Assembly: GCA_041308485.1 (NCBI GenBank)
Contig: JBFZBL010000092.1
Location: 1-42,316 of the forward strand
DNA length: 42,316 nt
Reading direction: 5' to 3'
Origin: Phycisphaerae bacterium
Lineage (GTDB): Bacteria; Planctomycetota; Phycisphaerae; Sedimentisphaerales; Anaerobacaceae
The translations under genes and the position numbers were made by a program. Below, piece by piece: positions 7,763-14,801 of this stretch (position 1 is its first letter; each line of letters starts with the position of its first letter). The notes below the pieces were generated by a model. The model saw nothing but the letters and a program-made list of their open reading frames with translations. It was not told the DNA's origin and ran no database searches.

Positions 7763-9910
7763 TCACCTTCCTACGTAACCTGCTTCGGCGCAGAACAGCA
7801 GGATGTCCCTTCCCAATGGTGCGGCGTCGGATGAACCCGCCTGGCCTCCCTCGACGAGGACGGCGACCGCGATTATTCTTCCTTTACTGTCTTTGGCAAA
7901 GCCGCCAAACCAGGCGTGTTCGGGCTGTGTTGTTGAGCCGGTCTTGCCGTATAGCCGTATTCCCCGCGAAGAGAAATTTCCTAACGCCTGCGCAAATTCC
8001 CTGTTGGCGGTTCCGCCCGATTCTTCCACGACGGCGTGCATTCCCTCATAAACGGTTGCCAGTGTTACAGGGGAGATATTCAGGTTGACCGGCGCCGGTT
8101 TTGGCGCACAGGGGTCGGCTATAAGTCGGGGCGGGAGATAAATGCCGCCTCTGGCTAAGCAGGCCATCGCGTTCGCCACCTGTAAAGGTGTTGCCCTGAG
8201 GTTGCCCTGTCCAATTCCGAACCACCGTTCTTCGCCTGGCAGAAGTGCGGGCAATTGCTCAAAACTTGTAATCGTGTCTTTTGCGGGAGTGTTGGCGATT
8301 TGTCCCTGTACCTGTCTGAAATTTCTCGATGCTTGATGCTCGATACTCGATACTCGATTTTCGATGCTCGATGTGTGTTCGTCATTGTTATCGATTATCG
8401 AAGGAAGGGCGAGTCGGCCGTAGCCGAATCTAAAAAGCCAGCTTTGCAGGACGAGGGGGTCGAGACGGTCGGCCAGGTGTGAAAAATATATGTTGCAGCT
8501 TCCCTTTATGGCGTTGCGGGCGGTGTTCGACCATAAAGTATCATGTCCCACGTGGCTTCTTAAAAATATGAGGCAATTAGGCCAGCCCTGCGGCGCCCTG
8601 TGCGAAGGGCAGTTTATCACTTCGCCGGCGTTAATTTTGCCGGATTCCATTCCAGCGGTCAGTATCAGGGGTTTTATAACTGAGCCGGGCGGGTAATGCA
8701 TATTTATGGCACGATTGCGCAGCGGCTCGCAGGGGTCGCTGACGAGCGCGCCGTAGGTCTGCCTGACAAGGTTCAAATCGTAATCGGGCAGCGAGACGAG
8801 GGCGAGGATATCGCCTGAGCCGACGTCGATAACCACGGCGGCGGAAGGGGACTTGCAGATGTGATTCAGGGAGCAGTCGGTTATGCGCTGCTCAATTTTC
8901 TTTTGCAGCTCGATATCGATTGTCAGGCGGATGTCCTGGCCGAACTGCGCATCTGTTTGCCGGACGAGGTTTTTGTCTATGTCGAAGACGACCTCGCCAC
9001 GTTTACCGCGGAGAATCTGCTCGCAGACGTATTCGACGCCGTCTTCCCGTCCACAAAGCTCATCATCAAGGTAACTGACTAAACTGTCGTCGGCGAAGAG
9101 GTCTTTATCCTGCCGGCTTGGCGGGCCTACCCAGCCGATTGTCTGTGAGGCCGCAGAGCCGAAGGGATATACGCGCTGGCCCTTCGCTATGACCTCGACG
9201 CCGGTGACGTTGAGGAATTCAACTCTGGCGGCGAACACGGCGTCCTCCGATTTCAATTCTACGACGGGCTGTGTTTTTTTAAGCTCGGCGAGGTCGTCCA
9301 CTTTGTTTATCAGCAGAAGGCGGTCGCACGGGTCAGGGAATTTTTTTTCAAAATCGGCAATCGCCTCGGAGAGGGGGACGTTACTGAGATTGCGGTCATA
9401 TTTTTTCAATATATCGGCGCCGGGGGTGTTTCTGGCCCAGGCGAAAAACGTTCTGAGGTTCCAGATTTTGTCGTTTATTTTTTGAAGCCGAAGCACTACT
9501 TCCTCGCGTGACATGCCGAATTGCACGCATTTGCTGATTAGCAGGTCAAGGTCTTCCTGCCGGTCGGCGAATTCCTGCTGCAGGGGCGATATGTTGGCGT
9601 CGGGGTCTTTCGATTTGACCCGAAGAGACAGTGCCTGGAGGACGCGTTCGTCGAGAAATCGGCTTAGTTCATAGTTTATCGCCAGCCAGAACCTCGGCTC
9701 GTCGGCGGCGAGGACCTGTCCTTTTCTATCGAGAATTCTCCCCCGCATTGTTCTGACCTGCTGGAGGGAGCCCGCCTGAATGCGCAATTGCGCGACCTGT
9801 TCCCTGTAAAAGGAGGTCGAGAGCAGCTGCATATCCGCGAGTCGAAAGACGCATAGGCCGAGCAAAACGGCCCCTGCGATTACCAGAATGGTGATTCTTT
9901 TTTTATACAT
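7763..9910 (-). CDS. mrdA: penicillin-binding protein 2 (elongasome D,D-transpeptidase)
   Basis: 715 aa with an N-terminal TM and motifs S-V-I-K (PPGSVIKP), S-C-N (KGSCNIY) and K-T-G-S (YGKTGST). Directly downstream of mreB-mreC-mreD. Contains a low-complexity insert encoded by heptamer repeats. Confidence 0.85.
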   Translation of the reverse strand: MYKKRITILVIAGAVLLGLCVFRLADMQLLSTSFYREQVAQLRIQAGSLQQVRTMRGRILDRKGQVLAADEPRFWLAINYELSRFLDERVLQALSLRVKSKDPDANISPLQQEFADRQEDLDLLISKCVQFGMSREEVVLRLQKINDKIWNLRTFFAWARNTPGADILKKYDRNLSNVPLSEAIADFEKKFPDPCDRLLLINKVDDLAELKKTQPVVELKSEDAVFAARVEFLNVTGVEVIAKGQRVYPFGSAASQTIGWVGPPSRQDKDLFADDSLVSYLDDELCGREDGVEYVCEQILRGKRGEVVFDIDKNLVRQTDAQFGQDIRLTIDIELQKKIEQRITDCSLNHICKSPSAAVVIDVGSGDILALVSLPDYDLNLVRQTYGALVSDPCEPLRNRAINMHYPPGSVIKPLILTAGMESGKINAGEVINCPSHRAPQGWPNCLIFLRSHVGHDTLWSNTARNAIKGSCNIYFSHLADRLDPLVLQSWLFRFGYGRLALPSIIDNNDEHTSSIENRVSSIEHQASRNFRQVQGQIANTPAKDTITSFEQLPALLPGEERWFGIGQGNLRATPLQVANAMACLARGGIYLPPRLIADPCAPKPAPVNLNISPVTLATVYEGMHAVVEESGGTANREFAQALGNFSSRGIRLYGKTGSTTQPEHAWFGGFAKDSKGRIIAVAVLVEGGQAGSSDAAPLGRDILLFCAEAGYVGR
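8324..8401. repeat. heptanucleotide-periodic array inside mrdA: NNTCGAT x7, then TTATCGA x2
   Basis: TCTCGAT GCTTGAT GCTCGAT ACTCGAT ACTCGAT TTTCGAT GCTCGAT (8324-8372), and TTATCGA TTATCGA (8388-8401). This segment encodes IIDNNDEHTSSIENRVSSIEHQASRN. Confidence 0.85.
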
Positions 9911-9949
9911 AGCTGATGTTTAAAGCGCGTCGAGAGATTTACCGGCTAA

Positions 9950-10450
9950 TTATCTTCGTCCGCGGCGCCGAGTTTTTATACGCATCAGCCAGTCCAAAAG
10001 CAAGAACAAAACAGGGCCCAGCACCGCTGAATAAATCGATGTTCCCAATAATGCGCCAAAGCCTGCCGGCCTGGATTGGCCCGCTATTCGTGCCAGCAGC
10101 CAGGCGAGATATCCTGCGGCCAGCGCGACGACAAATATGGTAATCGCCTCGTGCGGCACTTTTTTAATACTTACAATCCGGTGCAGATACGACAGGGCGG
10201 TTCCAAACAGTCCGAAACTGATTATAAACGGCCCCATAGAGAAACCGCTGGCGGCAATATCGGCCGCGAAACCAAGGACAAACGAGGTGATAATCGCCTC
10301 GAATTCGTTGCATCGTACCGCGAAAAAAACCATGGCAATCAGGAGCAGGTCAGGCGTGACACGCAGGTTTGTTACCGCGATTGTGTCAATCCAGCGTGCC
10401 TGTAAAAAGGCGGCAATCAGAAGCAGTACCGCAAATCGCGGCCAATTCAT
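9950..10450 (-). CDS. mreD: rod shape-determining protein MreD
   Basis: 166-aa polytopic membrane protein located between mreC and mrdA. SD GGAGGAG upstream. Called mainly from position and hydrophobicity. Confidence 0.7.
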   Translation of the reverse strand: MNWPRFAVLLLIAAFLQARWIDTIAVTNLRVTPDLLLIAMVFFAVRCNEFEAIITSFVLGFAADIAASGFSMGPFIISFGLFGTALSYLHRIVSIKKVPHEAITIFVVALAAGYLAWLLARIAGQSRPAGFGALLGTSIYSAVLGPVLFLLLDWLMRIKTRRRGRR

Positions 10451-10510
10451 TTTACTCCTCCGTGGCGATATAAAGGGAACAAATAGCTGGCGGTGAGGTG
10501 AGCTGCATAT

Positions 10511-11362
10511 TTATTTCCCGCCGGATGTTTTGGTGTTCTCGGCCCGATTCAAATTGCCTGAGCTCTGCGGGTTCATTATTATGACCGCCACGTTGTTCAG
10601 TTTTGTAATATCACAGCTCGGCTTGACGGTGATATCCCACAGAGCCGGGTTTTTGCTGTCTCTTTTGCACTGCTGCACCTCGCCGACAATCATAGCCGAG
10701 TCCATGTATCCCGGTTTTTTGCGGAGCATGACCGGCGAGCCGATTTTTATCTGGTGTTTGGCGGGGACCATTTTTATTTTTGCCGTATTATTTCCATTGC
10801 CCTGCATCAGCATATTTATTTCAACATCGGGCATGTTTACCTGGGCCACCGACGCCGAATCAGTGAAGAGCCGGACTTTGGCCGTGCGGGGATAGAGGTC
10901 GGATATAGTCCCGATGACGCTGTTGTCGCCTATGACAAACATATCCTTGCAGACGCCGTCGTCTTTTCCACGATTTATGATAAACTCGCTTCGCTGCCCC
11001 GAAGCCGGGGAGATGATAATATCCGCGGGCACTAATTTAGCCCCCTCAAGACCGCGCAATCTTGTCCTAACGCCCGACAACTGCTGAATAGCCTGATTCT
11101 TCTGGCGGAGTTCCTCTTCGAGGTTTGCGATGTAGTTTTGATACTGCGATTCTTTTCTGCTGAAATCATCCTTGAGCGGAAGCTCGGTTTTGGCTGAAAG
11201 GGGCACGTGTCTTGCCGCACTGAGAGGCCGATGAAAAAAGCGGGCGAAGGCAAACTGGAGTCTGCTTGTAACAGCAAGAGGGGAGAAAAGCAGGATAAGT
11301 CCGGCCAGCATAAACCAGGCGAACAACATCCTACTGGTAATTCTGATTCGCTTCCGTGCCAT
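10511..11362 (-). CDS. mreC: rod shape-determining protein MreC
   Basis: N-terminal TM, a coiled-coil (YQNYIANLEEELRQKNQAIQQL), then beta-barrel segments with NRGKDDGVCKDMFVIG and GSPVML motifs. Directly downstream of mreB. Confidence 0.8.
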   Translation of the reverse strand: MARKRIRITSRMLFAWFMLAGLILLFSPLAVTSRLQFAFARFFHRPLSAARHVPLSAKTELPLKDDFSRKESQYQNYIANLEEELRQKNQAIQQLSGVRTRLRGLEGAKLVPADIIISPASGQRSEFIINRGKDDGVCKDMFVIGDNSVIGTISDLYPRTAKVRLFTDSASVAQVNMPDVEINMLMQGNGNNTAKIKMVPAKHQIKIGSPVMLRKKPGYMDSAMIVGEVQQCKRDSKNPALWDITVKPSCDITKLNNVAVIIMNPQSSGNLNRAENTKTSGGK

Positions 11363-11404
11363 AACCGCAATGTAAAATTCTGGTTACCTCGGCATCCTGT
11401 GCCG

Positions 11405-12460
11405 TTACCAGCCGGAGTCGGAATGCTCCATTGTGTCCTTCCACAACTCCAGATTCTCGAGGTAAACGCTCGTGCCTCGCGCCACCGCAGTCAGCGGGTC
11501 ATCGACGCGGATAACTTTAAGGCCCGTCGCGTTTGCCAGCACCGTGTCCATTCCCCGCAAAAGCGAGCCGCCGCCGCAGATGTGAATTCCGTTATCTATA
11601 AGGTCTGCGGCCAGTTCTGGGTCTGCTTTTTCGAGGGTCCTCGTTACGGCGTCAATAATGGACGCCACCGGCTCTTTCAAGGCCTCGCGGATTTCTTCGC
11701 TTGTGATGACAATTTTCCTCGGAAGTCCTGAAATGGTGTCTCGTCCTGAAACCTCCATAGTCAGCTCTTCTTCAAGTGGGACGGCTGAGCCGATTTGTAT
11801 TTTTACTTTTTCCGCTCTGGGTTCGCCGACGAGCAGGTTGTATGTTCGTTTGAGGTGATTGATGACGGCCTCATCCATATCATCGCCGCCTACGCGAATT
11901 GATTCACAGGTGGCGATATCGGCCAGACTCATTATTGCGATTTCGGTAGTGCCGCCGCCGACATCGACAATCATCGAGGCGGTCGGGTCGGTAATCGGAA
12001 GCCCCGCGCCTATTCCAGCTGCCATTGGCTCGTCAACAAGATACACTTTTCGCGCGCCGGCGCGCTCTGCGCTGTCGATAACGGCTCTTCGCTCGACGGC
12101 AGTAATTCCGCTGGGGACGGCGATAACGACGCGAGGATTTACGAAACCTCTTCTGCCATGAACCTTGTGGATAAAGTAGCTCAGCATCGCTTCGGTGATT
12201 TCGAAGTCGCTGATTACGCCATCTTTGAGGGGACGAATTGCGCTGATTGATCCGGGGGTTTTGCCTAACATTTCGCGAGCGACAAGTCCGACAGCTTCGC
12301 CGTTGTTGAGGACCTGGTTGGTTCCTTTTCGGACCGCGACGACCGAGGGCTCATTGAGAACTATACCCTTGCCTCGGACACAAACCAGCGTATTACAGGT
12401 ACCGAGGTCGATACCCATATCCATGCTGAACCTGCCTAATATCGTGTCCAGAAGCTTCAT
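11405..12460 (-). CDS. mreB: rod shape-determining actin homologue MreB
   Basis: MGIDLGTCNTLV (phosphate-1), VIAVPSGITAVERRAV, DEPMAAGIGAG, IVDVGGGTTEIA and ICGGGSLLRGMD are canonical MreB/actin-fold blocks. Confidence 0.95.
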   Translation of the reverse strand: MKLLDTILGRFSMDMGIDLGTCNTLVCVRGKGIVLNEPSVVAVRKGTNQVLNNGEAVGLVAREMLGKTPGSISAIRPLKDGVISDFEITEAMLSYFIHKVHGRRGFVNPRVVIAVPSGITAVERRAVIDSAERAGARKVYLVDEPMAAGIGAGLPITDPTASMIVDVGGGTTEIAIMSLADIATCESIRVGGDDMDEAVINHLKRTYNLLVGEPRAEKVKIQIGSAVPLEEELTMEVSGRDTISGLPRKIVITSEEIREALKEPVASIIDAVTRTLEKADPELAADLIDNGIHICGGGSLLRGMDTVLANATGLKVIRVDDPLTAVARGTSVYLENLELWKDTMEHSDSGW

Positions 12461-12543
12461 CGATTCCGTTCTCTACATATAAAAATACCCGGTTGCCCGG
12501 GCATATTCTATCGCATCCTGCGGGCGTACTCAACAAGGAAATT

Positions 12544-12702
12544 TTATGGAATTTTAAACAATGTTTCGTAGATGAAATAGCACTTAACGGCGACAAAGGC
12601 GGCAGTGGCCAGTACAACGCCGAACGCTACCGCCAGCAGGGCGGTATAAAGATTGCTCATAGCCGCTGGTTTTGGGCTGCGTATTTGTGCTTCAGGACTC
12701 AT
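12544..12702 (-). CDS. hypothetical 52-aa single-TM micro-protein (below the ORF-track length cut-off)
   Basis: Hand translation gives MSPEAQIRSPKPAAMSNLYTALLAVAFGVVLATAAFVAVKCYFIYETLFKIP*. GAGGA sits 6 nt upstream of the ATG at 12702. Same strand as the flanking coiled-coil gene and mreB. A CCCGG-TTGC-CCGGG hairpin lies at 12488-12501, downstream of the stop. Confidence 0.45.
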   Translation of the reverse strand: MSPEAQIRSPKPAAMSNLYTALLAVAFGVVLATAAFVAVKCYFIYETLFKIP

Positions 12703-12744
12703 ATTTCATCCTCGATAAACTTATCTTAAATCCGGTGCTTGGGC

Positions 12745-13620
12745 CTACAGGTTAGTCACGGCGCTATCGCCGACTTTCGGCCCGCCCGTGGCGGACTGTA
12801 CCAGTTCAAGAACGCCTACGGCCTTGTCGGTATCCACATCAACAATGAGAACGTCGCAGACAAACTCGCTGCCTCGTGTAACGTGGAATTTCATTCCTTC
12901 TCTTACGCCGTCCGCCGAGCCGATTGATATCGTGGCCAGCGAGTTCTTTATGTCAACCTCGGAAATCAACGCCTTGAGGTCTAACGCCGCGGTGGAGGTC
13001 TGGGCGGGGAGCGCATATCCCTTTTCCTGTGTGACCGGGGCGGCTGCCGCGGCAACCTTGCCGCCTGTCTTCATCAGCAACTGGTTCTGCAAATCCGCCT
13101 TTTCTTCAATGAGCCGGCGTTTCTCCGCCTCAGCCGCTTCTATTACCGCCGTCTTTTCGACGAGTGCGGCACTGGTCTGCTCAAGCTCCTTGTTTAGCTT
13201 TATCTGCTCGGCCTTCAACTGCTTGACGTCTTCCTGTGCGGTGGTGAGCAGCTGTATCTGTTTTTCAGTGGTTGCCTGGAAGTCCTTAGTGATGCTTGCC
13301 CAGCCATTGACTCTTTCGAGAAGCTCTGCCCTTTCTCTTTCGATGTTGTTAATCTTCGTCTGGAGTTCGTCAGCCCTGGTTTTCAGTGTTGCGAGCTGGC
13401 TGTTCAGCGCCTTCTCAAGGTCGTCTTTCTGCTGAATCTTTTCCTTGAGCTGATTACTGAGGCTTTCCTTTTCTTGTTCGAGTGAGTCACGCTCTGAATT
13501 AAGCTGGGCATATTTTTGTTTGTAGTTGTCCGCGTTGGCCACATATGTTACGACGATACCGCACAGAAAAATTACGGATATGGTCAGCAGGACTATGAGT
13601 ATCTTAGTAAGATTGCTCAA
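12745..13620 (-). CDS. membrane-anchored long coiled-coil protein with a small C-terminal beta-domain
   Basis: TTG start with AAAGGAG 6 nt upstream. N-terminal TM (ILIVLLTISVIFLCGIVVTYV) and about 170 aa of heptad-rich E/K/Q/L sequence. After an Ala-rich linker comes the C-terminal ISIGSADGVREGMKFHVTRG...VLIVDVD, which resembles the G-x-x-DGV-x-x-GM beta-barrel motif of MreC. Confidence 0.7.
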   Translation of the reverse strand: MSNLTKILIVLLTISVIFLCGIVVTYVANADNYKQKYAQLNSERDSLEQEKESLSNQLKEKIQQKDDLEKALNSQLATLKTRADELQTKINNIERERAELLERVNGWASITKDFQATTEKQIQLLTTAQEDVKQLKAEQIKLNKELEQTSAALVEKTAVIEAAEAEKRRLIEEKADLQNQLLMKTGGKVAAAAAPVTQEKGYALPAQTSTAALDLKALISEVDIKNSLATISIGSADGVREGMKFHVTRGSEFVCDVLIVDVDTDKAVGVLELVQSATGGPKVGDSAVTNL

Positions 13621-13662
13621 GATTAGCTCCTTTCACCAATTTACTATTATAATGTGGAGGGG

Positions 13663-13728
13663 ATTATACCCTGTCCCCCGATATCTTAGCAACACCCTTA
13701 TTTTACGATTTTAGCACGTTTAGGTCAA
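13663..13728 (-). promoter_or_regulatory. two tandem sigma70-like promoters upstream of the coiled-coil gene / mre operon
   Basis: Read on the minus strand: TTGACC (13723-13728), 17 nt, TAAAAT (13700-13705); and TTGCTA (13687-13692), 18 nt, TATAAT (13663-13668). Motif match only. Confidence 0.45.
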
Positions 13729-13772
13729 GTTAATTTTGTTAAAATGGGGTATTTGTAGCCCAACCACTTTGC

Positions 13773-14801
13773 TCACCGTCCTATATTATTGGCAGAAGTA
13801 TATTGTAAGGTCGCCTTAGCTGCGGCAAGCCTGGTAAACTGAAACTCGCTTTTTAGTAATTCCGGGAGGAAGTTTTTAAGGGTTGGCGTCCTGATTTGGC
13901 CTATTGCAAGGGCCGCCAGCGTCTGTATGCGTGCCCTTGTTTCATTGTCCTGTGCGCTGGCTATATCTTTTGTAAGGGCATTGATGATGACTTTTTCGCC
14001 CGCGGTATCGCCCAGGTTGCCAAGCTGTTCTGCCGCCACGAGACGTACCTCCGTCAGGTCGTCTTTGAGCATTGTTGCAATAGAGTCTTTTGCCTGGGGT
14101 GTTCCCAGCGCCCCCATTGCCCGGATGCCGCAAACCCGGTCATCGGCGTATGCGCTTATCAGCATTGCCCAGAGTTTTTGATAGATTTTGTTGTCGCCAA
14201 GCCGGGCAATGGCCTCAATCGAGCTTAATATGACTTTTTCATCGGAGGTGTTATCTCTCATGGTCTCGTAGAGTATGGGCAAAGCCCGCCTGGGCGATTC
14301 GCCTGATTTACCTAACAGGAAGGCGGCGTTTGCTCTGACACTTTGGTCGTTACTTTTTATGGATGTGTAGATAGTCGCAAGCCCGCTTTTGTAACCAAGT
14401 TTATAAGCAGCATAGGCGGCGGCGATTTTGACGTTTTCGTTATCGTCTTTGAGCAATCGGGTGATGTCGCCGCGTGCCTTAGAGTATCCGGTGTCACCTG
14501 TCGCGACTGCGGCTGCAAACTTAACCGGCACAGACTCGTCTTTGAGCAGCTGCTGTACTGCCGGCATAAACTTGTCTGCCTGGCTTGTCGGAACGGCGGC
14601 AGCCATTTCGATGGCATTGGTTCTGACCTGCGGGCTGCTATTAGCAAGGGCCTGCTGGATTATCTGTGTCGCCTGAGCTTCAAGTTCGCTGCTTACGGGG
14701 CCGCCGGCTGCGTTCTGCTTTACGGGACCGGTTTGGCAGCCGCAAAGAGCAATCAGCGAGAATATGAAACAGGTGAAAACGATTCTATTTTTTATCATCA
14801 T
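13773..14801 (-). CDS. HEAT/PBS-lyase-type repeat protein, probable lipoprotein
   Basis: Signal peptide ending SLIALCGC. Repeated helical units of about 31 aa follow (VRTNAIEMAA, VPVKFAAAVATG, VKIAAAYAAYKLG, VRANAAFLLGK, VRLVAAEQLGNLG, TRLAAAKA). Confidence 0.7.
   Translation of the reverse strand: MMIKNRIVFTCFIFSLIALCGCQTGPVKQNAAGGPVSSELEAQATQIIQQALANSSPQVRTNAIEMAAAVPTSQADKFMPAVQQLLKDESVPVKFAAAVATGDTGYSKARGDITRLLKDDNENVKIAAAYAAYKLGYKSGLATIYTSIKSNDQSVRANAAFLLGKSGESPRRALPILYETMRDNTSDEKVILSSIEAIARLGDNKIYQKLWAMLISAYADDRVCGIRAMGALGTPQAKDSIATMLKDDLTEVRLVAAEQLGNLGDTAGEKVIINALTKDIASAQDNETRARIQTLAALAIGQIRTPTLKNFLPELLKSEFQFTRLAAAKATLQYTSANNIGR

Noticed and set aside
7513-8088. 191-aa plus-strand ORF spanning the ZnR-DUF1559 / mrdA junction
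   Set aside because: It overlaps two well-supported minus-strand genes, and its Arg/Pro-rich translation is typical of an antisense frame.
12493-12729. 78-aa plus-strand ORF between mreB and the coiled-coil gene
   Set aside because: It is on the opposite strand to the whole operon and has no SD. The minus-strand 52-aa ORF with a GAGGA SD and a clean TM helix explains the region better.
12788-13435. 215-aa plus-strand ORF rich in Ser/Ala/Phe
   Set aside because: It is antisense to the coiled-coil gene. Repetitive GAA/CAG/AAG codons on the coding strand naturally give a stop-free Ser/Phe/Leu-rich mirror frame. There is no SD.
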